64,000 nt of DNA, taken from assembly GCA_002633005.1 (NCBI GenBank), contig NMRA01000041.1, positions 1,268,611 to 1,332,610 of the forward strand. The letters are read 5' to 3'. The notes under the pieces are model-generated. The model made no database searches, had not been told where the DNA came from, and worked only from the letters and a program-made list of their open reading frames with translations. Below are positions 24,833 to 38,123 of this stretch, in pieces. Position numbers and translations under genes: made by a program. How positions within the stretch are numbered: position 1 is the stretch's first letter; every line of letters starts with the position of its first letter. This stretch comes from Phoronis australis. Taxonomy: Eukaryota; Animalia; Phoronida.

Positions 24833-27800
24833 GTGTCACTGGCAGGCATGTCGAACGCCGGAATCGGACAGTGCAATTGCGAAATTTTTGGATCACAACA
24901 TAAGCAGGCTACGTGAATGAAATAACTTCGACATTGGAATATTCCCACAATGACGGCGTTCAAAGGAACGTATTTCAACTGACCAACTACATGTGTGTCC
25001 AGGAATTATTCTCTCTGGCGCTTTTTCGGCTTAACTCGAATTATCGCACATAATATTTTTCGTAAAGTAGTCCGCTTTGCGGAAGAATACAGAGTCACAA
25101 TAACGCATTTTTGACTTTGTGACGTAGTTATTCTTTAAAAAGTTTAACATCCGGAACACCCAGAGTATTTTGTAGTCTCAAATTATCCCCGGAGTTGTTT
25201 CATATTTGCGCATGTGCGAGCTTCAATAGCCAAGGATTGAGATGTGGTCCAGAGACAGCTAAAATCATGGCTTCAGTCTAGCATGTCTCACTAGATGTAC
25301 ACGACGGACATTTTCAAATCATAGTCTGCCTTCTGACCGGATGTACAGTTACTTCTTGTATAAGCCTGTTTTCACAGAGGTTCCCCGGTGCATTCGACGG
25401 CCATTCTCCATTTTGAGAGTCACATGATTTGCTGTTCTGCATGAGATTCGCCCTGGCGTAGTTATGAAACACCTCTGCGGGATAATTTGGGGCTACGGAA
25501 ATTTCATTAAATACTCTCAATGTCTTGACAGGGTGTAGACATTCTATGAATGTTAATTGGATTTCATTTTGATTGGAAATTAGCGGCAGTCTGTGTCGAA
25601 ACGTTGTTATGGCCGCTACGCCAAACAGTTGATCATAATGTCATATAGTTGAATGAAAAACAATGATTAGATACTAAAATATATTGCCTGGATTCAAAAT
25701 TAGTCGGACTCTGGAGTCTGGTTCATCTCGTGACATGAAAACGCCTACTCGTTTTCACATAGCATAGTACTCCCCTCCTCAACTAAAGTGTTAAGTTTCG
25801 TATAAGCTTCTCTTTGCAAGAAATGGGCTATAAAGTGCGCAAACGATAAAGCGCGCATACCTGCCAATAATTTTCTGCTCCCTCGAAGATCAACTAAAAC
25901 ATATGTTCTCACATATGTGCAAGTATTCATAACATTTAAACAGAGGTTAAGCCGTGTAGAAGGAGGAACCGTGTGACTGTTAATACATGTGTAACATATG
26001 AAAGTAATATGCAGGATGTCCCAAAAACGCAGTCACACTTCAGCACAACGCTGTTGCTGTAGTTCAAACCCAGTTCCTGTGTATCAGACCTGCGCCTTAG
26101 CCTGCTGCACAGTACTGTAACTTCACGTTAAGGTAAAACCATGATCTATGTGCTCCGTATATGCGGGAATGGCAAACGCCCGTCTCAGTTTTAGAGAACG
26201 CGTAATGCTACTGGAAACTAGGAAAAATTCTAAGGAGTGCAAAGACAATATTTTCAAACTTCTGGAGTAAACCAATAATGCATTTATAGAGTATTTCTTG
26301 GTTAAATGAAGATATTCTTGTGCTTCCTCCCAAAAATAAGGTGGGCCAGATTTGATGGTAATTCTGTGGAGTGAATTGGGAGCCATTGCCAAGAATGTTA
26401 TTCATTAAGTTGTTTTGAGTGAAAAAAGCCCAGAATTTGTCTGTTCTAACCAGATTCGGAAGTCCCGCCAGCGCCAGTCCTGCTACTTTAGACGAATGGA
26501 AATTGGAAAACAATCTGGTTAATGTCATAGTTTAACCTGTATATCTAGAATCTATAGTGCAAGAGCATTTGGATTCTTGTCTCCGTTCTGGGACAGGGTC
26601 AGTCGTAAATTTGTGATTTGGGAGACGAGGAAAACCGCCCAATCCCGCAAGCATGTAAGTCACGCGGAGTACAACGCTGTACATCAGCATCTACATGTAT
26701 GTTAATAGGGCCTATATCCCCGCGAGTTTCTTCAAAATGGAGTACAGGGTTGACTCCATGCGGTCAAACAGTAGACCCATTTTAGCTAATAACCAAGGAT
26801 CATGAACAAGTCAACTATACAAAAATCAATATCAATACCTTTGAAATATAAACTCAAAATAAATCTATATCGGTGAAAACGTCTTCATTTCGATACTATC
26901 ATTTCGAAAACACTCACCCACTTCAACGGCACATACATGTAAGCACTGACCAACCGTGGGAGGGTAGACCCCTCGGGCTCTTCAAAACACAAGACTACGG
27001 CGACACATCTATCCAACTGGTTCAAAAGGTGACTCCACATAATTTTAATTAACGCGAGCAATTAAGGATCTTTTTCAAATACATAATGTGTATTCTTTCA
27101 CCAATAGGAATTCTTTAACGAGGTAAGTGTAATTTTGCCTCGACGCACATGCCCCAGATAGTAATTACTAGTCAATCAGAGATCAGACACTGCACCTATA
27201 CAAACTGTTAAAACATGTAACATTCGTACCTGAGTAGTTTTCAAGTTTTATTTTGAACTCGTATCCCTCGTTGTCTCTTACTCGCCGCAATCGTAACGTC
27301 AAAAATGGCGTTGACGTATGGTATAACAGCACTTTATGACCTTGCCTTGAGTTGTTAAATATAGTCTACAAACAGAAATCATAAATGTGTATTAAACTCA
27401 TGTTCAGTCGCATTGGGCCAGGGCAAAAAGAGCTTAAGATATCTACCGCGAGTTATTCGTTCAAAAGTTTGCATTATCAAGAACTTGTGTAGAAACAGCT
27501 TAGGACATGCATAATTTTTGCCTCGTTGGTGAAAAACACAAATTGAATAAATAGGTCTGTTACTCTCATTAATGGTTCTCATAATTCTCCTTGCCATGAC
27601 AGGAATCGATTTCCGTTACCAACAAAATAGTCGAAACCACCAGCAATTGAAGAAAACGCTTCAGAGTTTTTTTGAGATTGGCCAACCATTAAATTGCTAA
27701 TTCGAAAATGACATGCGTACATTGCCTGTGGCTCAAGTTGGTAACGAAAATAGAATCCTCTCATAAAATTAAAATTCTGAGATCGAATTCAGCTCGATAT

Positions 27801-27881
27801 ACCAATATTCTGACTAAATGTCAAACGGATGTGTAATCTTAGAAATACATAAGAAAGATTCCATTGTCTTGAAGCCTTTAA

Positions 27882-28441
27882 AGGGGTATTTCTTCCCGTC
27901 TACGCATACTTTTTAATGTATTAATAATGAAAAGCACAGCAATATATTGTTTTTGCAGTTTACCCCCAAAACCACCAAGTTTGCACGCAAAAACAAGTAT
28001 CTTCCAATCGGTATCTTAACGCGTTTGTGGCATCGCTGGCTACACGCTTCAATCTCGCAGCCCAATCTGCATTTATGTCGTCAAGGCAACACTTCGAGGC
28101 GTCCTAGTCAGATACCGCACACCAGTTCATGATATTACTCTCCCATACATTTAGATTTTGACAGTTACTCAGAGAGGATTGGTAACTATCTGGGATACGA
28201 AGTCGACCTGAACTAACCTGGACTGGAGATTAACTCGGACGCCGACAGACCAAAATAATACGGATTTCCCCGACGAAGATGGTCACCGTTAATTTCTCTC
28301 AGTAACTGACAGAATTAAGCTACATTAATTGGGAAACTTGTCCTACCAACTTACACCTAATGGAGCATCATCTTAGTGGAATGCACGGACTAGTTCCGCA
28401 ATGTGCGAAACTTTCCTCCGATGACGTCAAGAAGTACCCCT
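27882..28441. mobile_element. Kolobok-like non-autonomous element
   Basis: TTAA|aggggtatttctt ... aagaagtacccct|TTAA (TSD 27878-27881, 28442-28445). Confidence 0.75.
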
Positions 28442-29278
28442 TTAAGATTCCTGTTCCGCTTCATTTTGGTTGAGAATTATAACAAACAAGGCATGTAAAA
28501 GACCTCAAACACCAGTTCTGTGATTTATATAGTTCTTCTACTTTCAATCAAACAGTTTCAAATACGTGGTCGCATTCAATTTAATTGAGTTTTGAGGGAT
28601 AATCAAATCCAAACCTTGGAATTTCAAAACACCACTCTGAGCACTTTTTGGATAAAGTTCTCTAGAAAATATCAGTTTTGTTTTGAGAGTATTGTATTGT
28701 ACAAACTAAATAAATTTTTTTGAAATGTTTGGCTTCGTTTTAGTTTTTTGCAACATTTCCTAACGTTAACAGTCGATCAATAACTCAAAAAGAAATTAAA
28801 TGAAAATCGAAAAACGATCAGGCGGCAGTATTGTTTCAGCTAAGTTACGCGTTATTTTTTATCATTAAACCTTAATTGTTTTCTGGGCAATAAATCGTAC
28901 GACCAGTTACTGAAGAAACAATGTTCTACATGTTTACTATCTATCCATCGGGTTTTCGTCATTTTCTTGTCAAAATATGGCCGATTGACCGGCGGACGGA
29001 GTTTGTCAGTAGTTCATCGTCTCTGTTCGAACAAAAAATAAAAACACGGTTAACATTCATGGAACGCCTACTGTATTAGTATAAATGTGATTTGAAAGCC
29101 AGGCTTAAATCCTATGCGTACCGGCTCAGACTAAAATCTATGATAGATTCCAAAATATACGCAAAAGGATCACGAAGGACAAAATTAACGCACGCTCTCG
29201 CACGGTAGCAGGATATTGTTACGAACTTGCGAAAACAGGATCGAGGTCAGGCGTTCAATCTGATGGCCAGGCAATGCA

Positions 29279-29493
29279 CATTGGCAGACCTACGTTTTCA
29301 TTAAGGGGGTGTTTAGGATTCGCCTAGCGCCGGTCGGAGGGAAGGTTGGGAGAGGGTTTCCCCCTCCCATGTAAGATTTTTTTATTTTTAGTAGCTGATT
29401 TCGTTTTCTTGGCGACATTTCTTTTAATTTTTATTTTGAACCTGCCCCGATGGGAGGTTGAACCCCTGAACTCCCTCTGTAGAACCGCCTCTG
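29279..29493. mobile_element. hAT-like MITE family A variant inside a pseudo-exon
   Basis: cattggcagacct...agaaccgcctctg; flanks atgca/atgta; related copy at about 46916-47134. Confidence 0.65.
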
Positions 29494-31565
29494 ATGTAGA
29501 CCTTGAATTGATGGATACTGAAGTCATTTGCTGACCGATTGACTGCCGGCGGCCGATTTCACTTCAATTGTCTTGCATGTTTAGACGTGAATGATTTGTA
29601 AATTATCTTGAAGAACAGTGGCGGATCTAGGATATCACAAGGGGGGNTTTTGTCAGACATGAAGTGCAAATCACAGTTTACTGTGTGTCGAAAACGGCTG
29701 TTTTCTTCTGTTAACCTTCCGCCTTGAACGACTATGACATCATTGTCTTCAATTTCCCGGATGTACCCATGTCCCGGGGAGCAATTGTTTTCCATGTGGT
29801 CTGCAAATAAAACGGAGTGAGACTACATGTGGAATACGCATGCAGCGTTTTCTTATAACCGAAGCCTAGCAAATGTAGTAGTAATCTTGTGAATTGATTG
29901 AACGTAGAAACTACTGAACATTTGCCCTCGAGGTCAAAGAGTCCTCAGTGAAGCAAAACCGTTGAGCCACCCGGCGTCGAGCTATCAAGCACAGGTCACA
30001 CACAACCGTGTAATGAAATTAACAACAAATGTTTCGAATCGGGTCAATCAGAGCATTTCTGAGAGACCAGAGAATGTATAAAGATGGCAATCAAATCGAT
30101 ATCATTATACTATAACTTCCTCGTTGTCTGGTCCGCACACTGCAATTAGCTTAATGCTGCATGAAAACGGAGACATTCAATTAAAGTCTCTCTCTCTCTC
30201 TCTCGGGATGTCCTCGGACAACTAGGGTGAGATTTATTCACATTCGTCCGTGTTTCACGCTGAAAACATTCTTCGAACTTGGTAATGTAATATGCAACAC
30301 ATTCGCAAACTGCAGGGTGTTTTAGTAGCAATCACAGTGGGCAAATAAATTACGCGGCCTGCGCCAGTCTTTCGCGCCTTATCGCGCGGCCAGGCCCGGC
30401 GTGTAAATTAGGCCCGTTACAAATTCTTCAAGTAATCAGGCTTAACATGAACAGTACTTCAATATCAAAAGCATGCGGTTAGGACCAATATCTATGGAAA
30501 TATGAATGACTTCCGTTTTTCACATTTCGGAGTTGGCTAACGGTGACAAAGCCAATGGGAAGGTCTGACTTTTTACACTTATTTCCATTAAAACATTTTT
30601 TAATATTGCTATTTCTAGACCAAGTTGCACAACAGTCACATCCATGCCCGTGGGAAGGTAAACATTTTGGAGGCACGTGCCCCCCCGCTTCCTGAGACCT
30701 TGATATCAGTAGAAACCCCCATCGTTTGGTGTGCTAGGATAAAAAAAGAAGAAAAAACTATTTTCAAACACTGAATAGAATTTTAACTTTAAGCCCCAAC
30801 ATCGCCTAGCTATGCAAGTTAATCACAGCTGTAGAAATATGTATATTATAACAGGACTTCGCGAACTAATTATCAGCTGATAAACTGAGCAAATTAATTC
30901 ATTGACTAATTGGAACTAATAATCATGTCGGCATCAAACTTTGTCTTCATTAATGTTCTTTTGATCTGCGAGATGTTAAATCTCTCAGATTGCACTGAGT
31001 AATGAGATTTACAGAAATCTGTACGCATGCAGCAATATGATCGTTTTATTATGGCAGACACGTTAATTTGATCTTGTATGCATCCCCATATTGTATATTT
31101 ACATTTCTAGTTGAATAAATTACTTTCATTCTCCGTGTCTCTGCCTAGCTTTCTTTCACCGTGAGTGTCCATCTCTCTGAAAATTTAAGACTATGGCCCA
31201 TGGTCAGGGACGGATCCCCTTGCCCCCCCTCTAAATCCGCCACTGATGGTAACGGGGTTTTCCTAAAATGGACAGGGATTCCCCATGTCTCCTGGTAATC
31301 CAGAAATATCAAAATAGGTAATTTGGACAACTATAGACTTGAAGAAAACCGTTGGAGTTGAGACCTTAGGGGGGACCAGAATGAGTAGAGTTTCACTGCC
31401 AAAGTTTCCAAACTCGAGTTGTGAGAAATCCGTACAGATCTTATAACGATATTGAAGATTGACCTACAACTAGAAGTGAGCCATACGTTGGCAACCGAAC
31501 GTCGAAAATTCATTGTTTTCACCACGTCGGTGTACTACGACGTATGTCGGCAAACTGTGACCTGT

Positions 31566-31704
31566 GTAGATTTCATTAACGCTAGGACCTCGCTAAAAAT
31601 CAAGACTTCGCGAGAGTACGGGAAATTTTATCGTGAGAACACGAGATTTTGGCTAGACATTAGCGAGGTCCTGGCGTAGGTCCTACCGTTACTGAACTCT
31701 ACTC
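31566..31704. mobile_element. Harbinger-like MITE family C
   Basis: TIR ttcattaacgctaggacct / aggtcctaccgttactgaa; homologous to 55305-55455 and 63057-63197. Confidence 0.65.
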
Positions 31705-33902
31705 TGGCTTTCTAATACAGAATTTTTATTCCGTGTAATTAGGCCACTAGTCCCTTTTAACAAACACACTAAGCAAACTATACAAAACGGCTTTCAGGTC
31801 GTAAGAAGAGGGGACATTCAAAAATACAATGTAACATGATGATTCACACACCAAAACCTCAAAATGTTTTTTTTTTCTAAACTCGTGAAAACAGTGGAAA
31901 CGGATGAACTGATAATACTCACAGCTCCATTCTCTTATCATTCGTCCTGTAACGGTTGAAATCACTATGATGCTGCAGAATATCACAAAATGTGTCTTTA
32001 ACATCAGAGAGCCTTTAACAACGGCAAGCGTCATTTTCTTATGTACCAGTTTACCTTTGCCCTCACCAAGATCGTTCTTAATCGAAAGTCAGGCGCGTGG
32101 ATAAAATGTTTATAGTATGAAGTATTTTGGTGCGGATATCGGAATGCAGTAATTAATCCACTGGAGAAATAGGCGTGGGTCTCACGGACGAGCCTTCGTA
32201 GAAACTTAATGTCCACTATGAACAAGTGAAATCAACACCAGTTCTGGACACAATTGAAACTTCGGATCACTCACTCTTAATTTGTCACACTGACGCATGG
32301 TTGGGGGCGTTTTGTAATTTACCACTTGGAAAGCAAATCTGAAGTACAAAATAAACATTTGAAAGTAAAAAAGTCATGATCTTATACTAAATACATATGT
32401 AGAACATGTGCTCACTCATATATTGAACATTGAACCGTTGAGTATACAGTGCGAATTTCAATTCCTGATATGGATCAGTCCATATGTTCCCTGCGGTACC
32501 AAAAAACCGCATTATGGGCATGGATGGCGTGCACCATAGGGAGCTGGGAGGCAATAGCCCCTCCCAAATTATTTCAGTGCTGTGCCGCCCATGCGCCGAC
32601 ATGCCGTTTTTTGGTCTCACGCGAACATTTGTTCATCGAAACATGTTGACTAATCAAAAAAGGAAAACAAAAAGTTTATCAAATAACCAAAATCAATCAA
32701 CCAAAAATGCTGGATCACACTCGATGTATCCAAAACAGACAAGAAAGTCAATACTTAACATGCTTTCAATACTTGTTTGGCTTTTTTATTCCGTTACGTT
32801 CCTATCTGTACACGAAAATAATAGAAGTGTGTTCAAGTACTCGCCTTCGCCATCAGTAAGTAAACATGTCTTCCTGAGCGCCAAAATAACAGATCAATTC
32901 CACTCAGTCTCCTTTCTGCTGAATACTCCCGACACTAAAACGTTCCACCTCGTTTCTTCTCAGCTACTCAAATGACCAGACCAATAATCGTATTGCAAAT
33001 AGTGCTAATTAATACTGTTAGTATAGGCTGTTCAGAATCATATAAACACGTGAGCCCGCTAGCTCATAGGGTAGGGAACAGTGATCGAATCCTGATGCAA
33101 GCAACTAATGAAAGCGCTGAAGTTGTCAACTCTTTCTTTAAATATCAGGGAATTAAATTTCATCTGCATCATAGACATACGGGTTAATGGAGCATGCCGG
33201 GGCATCCATGACACCTGATGCACACAAAAATGTGTTCGTTTTAAAAAGTATCCAAGTGAAGGTGAATCGTTTTCCCCGCACAAAAATTGAAATTCGCACT
33301 CTGAAGACGCATTTGTAGAATTTGATCTTTGAATTTATACCAAATGGTGCCTAAATAGGTCACTTGACCTTGCTTTTTAGGAATGTTTAGCAAAAAAAAG
33401 AAAGATACATCCATAGCAAAGCATCAGGATCAATAACACGACAAAATTTCGTAATGCTATGACAAAGTCTCAAAAAAGATTTTACAGTTTTCTAAATTAT
33501 AGTTTCATTTTCGTTCTACATGTATGTAACATAAAATCATAAAAGTAATGTTCCTAGTTTTCGATAGCCCCTCATGAAAAAGTGGAACATTTTACAAACA
33601 ATTCTTAACAACGTTTTAGAGAACAGTGTATAAAGTATATCTGAAAGGTTCATGTGACATTTCTGAGAAGTCGGCCAAACTTGTAATTTTTCTACCTGGG
33701 TCCTACATAATCTTAACGGGAAAAATGATCTAATTTCTGCTATATTCCGTATTCGATTTGAACTCTGCTTAGTGTCAGCTTCTTTTCAACAAACCCTTTG
33801 TGGTTTGCCTACATCGCTTCGGCTAACCCAACGTGTGTTGGAGTAGAACCATCAAACTCGCCAAAAACCAAGATCGCGCGTGACAACACAAAATCACGAA
33901 TA

Positions 33903-34187
33903 AATGGGCGCACCCGGGGGGGAGGTCAAATGAGCCCCCCAATTTTGCGAATTGGGCAAAAACGTCCGCCTCAGTGAAACAAAAAGCCCGAGTAAACGAG
34001 ACAAAAGTCCACAAAGTCCACAGGACTTCGGCGCCGATGCACGATTGGCAGGGCCTGAACCTAGTGACCCCATTTTCTTTTCTTTTTTTTTAGTCCTCGT
34101 TGATTTTTTTCAGTAAGAGGATCCGCATACCAAAGAATTCGAGCCCCCCTTCATATATATATATATTTTAGGTTGGGTGCGCGCAAG
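33903..34187. mobile_element. hAT-like MITE family B
   Basis: aatgggcgcaccc...gggtgcgcgcaag; flanks gaata/ggata; homologous to 40040-40294. Confidence 0.65.
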
Positions 34188-34477
34188 GGATAGGCAAGTC
34201 TTTCGCGATTATCCTCTGGAGCTTAGGCCTATACTATCAAAATAGTGTCTACTGAGATGCTTGGTCAGTGAGACTAACATTTTGAATCATGGGATAGAAT
34301 TCACTATTCCCGTTCCATAAGCGAATATTTCTCGTCACAATTTAGTGCTCCGCGGCTGTCTTAGGTCTGCGGAACACGCCTCTGGCTTTTCGAAAATGCA
34401 CAACAGTTGTCGATGTTGACCTGTATTTCGTTCATTTGACATTATTATGTTTATTTCGTTGTTGTACAGAATGTCTC

Positions 34478-34705
34478 CGGGGCGGATACTGGATTTTGAG
34501 TTAGGGGGGCCAGGGCACAGGAATAACCAGAATTTCGCAACACGTGCGCGCCCAGCCCAAAATGTAGGGATCTCGATTTTTCGGACCTTATGACTAAAAA
34601 AAAACGGCAAGCGGAGTTTGTTCAAGGCCTAGGCATTGTGCATTCGCCCTCCCCCAAAATTTTAGGGGGGCATGGCCCCTTGGTTCCCCCCTGAATCCGC
34701 CACTT
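34478..34705. mobile_element. hAT-like MITE family A
   Basis: cggggcggatactgg...aatccgccactt; flanks gtctc/gtctc. Confidence 0.7.
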
Positions 34706-34789
34706 GTCTCCGTCCCACACACCGACAATTACACAATGCATTACAAAACTTACATACCAACATCGTCCCTCCTCGTTGCCCTGAGCTGC

Positions 34790-35500
34790 TAACTAATACT
34801 TGGCTAAGTTGAAATAACCACACTTCAGCATGACATATTTTAGCGCAACATCAAAGTCCATACTCATAACCTTGAAAGTTGATCTTAAATCGTGATTAAG
34901 TGGACACCCAATCAAGACAATGACATCCTTCTGCTCCAATGTGTAGGTCACAAACGCACATAATTTATTTTGCCCGTTTGCCCGTTGATTTTCTAATATG
35001 TCTTCCTCTTTGTTGTAAGATACGATTTGAACATCTAAATCTTGATTTAAAACCTTCACATGTTTTCTAAATTTCACACTTGTGAAATACTTTTCCATGC
35101 GTAATTGATGTTTGAATACTCTGTAAGTATCACAGTAATTTTTTGACAATCAATATTTCCTCATGGTACTGTTGCCCACCAGCTTGAATCTCCTAACTTC
35201 TTTCTTTAAACTCCCTCAGAAATAAGCCCTCGTCCTCGACTGCCCGAGTTTCCCAAACAATACGAAACCTAAATTTAAACTGTAATTGCTTCACACATAA
35301 CGCAAAACAGTTGATATTTCGTTCAGCCACATTATATAGACAGTAATAACAAATTTTCATATAGCTGTTCTCCCCATTAAAGCAATTTCAACCATTATTT
35401 GATAATTAATAAAAATCTTAATGTCCCATGCCTTGCCGTCCCAGTTCTCGCCTGGCCATTACCCCCAGAAAAACATCCTTTCAGATTCGTTAGCCCTAAA
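34790..35500 (-). mobile_element. Degenerate non-LTR retrotransposon 3' fragment (post-RT region)
   Basis: Translation YRVFKHQLRMEKYF...KLCAFV...EQKDVIVLIGCPLNHDLR resembles the C-terminal CCHC region of LINE ORF2; frameshifted upstream. Confidence 0.55.
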
Positions 35501-35679
35501 GTAAATCATCAGTAGGTACGCACGTGTGGTCACGTAAAAATGGAGGATCAGTGGATTGGAAAAGGGAAGTTACTTAATTAATAGAGCAACTTTCTACGCT
35601 ATTTTTGAAAAAAATACACAGCCAAATGCATAAACTTGAAACGCATTGTTTAACTTTCTGCTGCACCCATTATAAAAAG

Positions 35680-35869
35680 CATGGGCGAATCCAGGATTTT
35701 GAGTTAGGGGGGCTAGGGCAGAGTATTTGCCAAGAATTTGACCGTCAGACATTCCCACCCCCGAACTGCCAAATGTAATATGGGAGAATTTTAGGGGGGG
35801 NNNNNNNNNNNNNNNNNNNNNNNNNNNNNNNNNNNNNNNNNNNNNNNNCCCCCTCTAAATCCGCCACTG
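35680..35869. mobile_element. hAT-like MITE family A (spans an N gap)
   Basis: catgggcgaatcc...aaatccgccactg; perfect 5-bp TSD aaaag. Confidence 0.75.
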
Positions 35870-36799
35870 AAAAGTGATGTTTTCTACTGAAAACGTATTC
35901 ATAATAAAGCTTCATTTTGTAAAAGTAACTCAAATTTTATATTATTTATTGGCTGGTCCTGGATAAACCTCTTCATTAGTTGATTTTGTTAAGGGTACCT
36001 GTTTCCACCTATTGCCCAGGCTCCAGTTGTTGGGTTGGTCTGGATTTTAAATGTGCGATGGCTATTCCTTACCTTACTTGGAGTAACCCCCCCCCCCCTG
36101 AAACAGTTCACTTTGCGCCCAAGTTAACTCGTAAGAAAGTCAATTGCTAACCCTGTTTTACTTACCTTCCGAACAAGTTCGATTTTGTAAGTCGCAGTGA
36201 AACTTCAATAATTAGGATGGAGAGATTTCAGTGAAGGGACGAATACACGAACTAAAACAACGTACCTCGGAAATTTCTCCGCATTAACTGGGCATGAATC
36301 ATTTAGATCAACTTCTCGAGTAAAGCTAGTGGTCAATTGTTTCGCTTGGAAAGCACATGGCTACAGCTTGCAAATACTTCCTAAATTTCGCTTTCCTGGT
36401 GGAAAGTTTTCAGCTCCATTCTTAGAACCACTTTCTACAACCTATCAAACTACATGTTTGGAGTTTTTTAACGAGACATTTTACGGTATTAGAATCATGT
36501 TACAGTAGGCTACTTCACGGAAAGAATTAAGCGAAACTTGGTGTCTGAGTGTTTGTTAGTAATGGATGTGTTTACGTAACTTTCGAAAAAATGGTCGAGC
36601 ATTTGCGTAGCTAATTGTGTGTGTATGTACACAGACACGCGCGCACAATTGTCTGCAGCTTTTCAACTCACAGTATCCAATATGGGTGTGATATATGAAT
36701 GGGCTCAATGGCAGCTATGTTCGGAGAAGGTTCATTTCTTTCCCCTTTTCATAATTCGATTTTTATGCGCCAATTGTTTAGGAGGAATATCATAAAGAT

Positions 36800-38123
36800 A
36801 CATGATACAAGAGCAACGCGGAGCGTTGAAATGCGCCCACGAATGCATTGCAAATGGTGTGCTTTTAGGGTTATTAATTTGTATCATAAAAATAGCCACT
36901 ACATGGCGCAAAAACATACCATCCATCCATCCAAAAATAGGAACATGCCATATTTCATAAAAATCTGTCAAGGAACTTCAGAGACACAAAGGCCGAGGAA
37001 AACAGAATAAAATGAAATTGCCACTAGTGGGCACAGTGTCCGTTGGATCCGCCTTTGAAGCTACTGAGTTAAACGTAAAAAACTAAAAATGTCACTAGGG
37101 GGCACAGCAGTAGTCAGATCTGTCCAAAAGTCGTCGTCATCCGTAGTCAACATCACTAAATACACTTCCTAAATTAAGTAAAGATACTGCGAACGGTTTA
37201 GGAGATACAGCCATAGAAGCAACAAAATCAAAAATGCTACTAGGACGCGGCACAGTACTCGAAATCGTCGGAACATCAGCGTCAACCGTCCTCTTTATAG
37301 TTAGCACATACATGCCAATTTTCCCAATCATCCTTTGAGCGGTTTGGTTGATAGAAGGGTGAACGCAAAAAACAGACTCGAAAACAGTACAAATGACCAC
37401 TAGGTGGCGCAAACTACGCCGAATCCATCCAAAAACGGAAGGATAGCGTCATCTCACTAATAGGTGCCTACATATTAAATTTCATGAAAATCCGTTAAAG
37501 ACTTTTGAAGATACAAAGGAAAACGTAAAAAAAAAATCATAATTGCGACTAGAGGGCACACCGGTAGTCGGATCCGTCCAAAAGTCGTCGTCGTCCATTG
37601 TTAACATCATATAAACACACTTACTAAATTTCGTAAAGATCCTGTGAACAGTTTAGGAGATACAGGCATAGGCGCAAAAAAACTACCACTAGGAGGCGCC
37701 ACAGTAGTCGAAATCGTCAAACACGCCAATTTTCACAACCAGCCTTCAAGCGGTTTAGTTGATAGAGAGGTGGACGCAAAAAAACAGCCTCGAAAACAGT
37801 AAAAATGGCCATTAGGTGACGTAAACTACGTCGAATCCATCCGAAAAAGGGAGGATAGCGTTATCTCACTAATAGGTGCCTACATACCAAATTTCATGAA
37901 AATACGTTCAGGACTTTTGAAGATACACAGGTAAGCGTAAGAAACTAAAATTGTCACTAGGGGGCACACCGGTAATCGGAACCGTCTGAAAGTTCGCTCA
38001 TGGCGTCCCATTCATAAAATGGAGTGCCAAATTTCATGAATGTATGTCAAAGGGTTTTGGAGACAGAGTAGCGGACGCCGGACGGACGGAGATGACGGCA
38101 TATAAACATGTGGGAGCATAAAA
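36800..38123 (-). mobile_element. Helentron-associated (HINE/DINE-like) element with an internal tandem array
   Basis: The minus strand begins tttttatgctccc, then a (TCCG)n microsatellite. Internal ~145-bp subunits form a ~410-450 bp higher-order repeat, with aaatttcatgaa and ccactagg motifs. Confidence 0.7.

Larger units (their letters stand above)
22900..32004 (-). pseudogene. Decayed type-I single-pass membrane protein gene (signal peptide, Cys-containing lectin/Sushi-like ectodomain, TM, cytoplasmic tail)
   Basis: Signal exon 32004-31923 (MLKTHFVIFCSIIVISTVTG, phase-1 GTGAGT). Phase-1 exon from 29800 (YHMENNCSPG...) interrupted by two MITEs and stops. Sushi-like exon from 25543 (CLHP...SCDSQNGEWPSNAPGNLC). 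TM exon 24603-24448 (IVVSIISGTVIFLVISAAAISLCVYFSRK), duplicated at 22217-22062. Tail exons carry in-frame stops. Confidence 0.5.

Noticed and set aside
28218-28306. Exon-like segment LLREINGDHLRRGNPYYFGLS for the receptor pseudogene
   Set aside because: It lies inside the TTAA-flanked Kolobok-like element 27882-28441.
36075-36420. Minus-strand donors (AAG|GTAAGT ~36166, AAG|GTAAGG ~36072) as coding exons
   Set aside because: No convincing reading frame; at most 5'UTR exons of the receptor pseudogene, which cannot be verified here.
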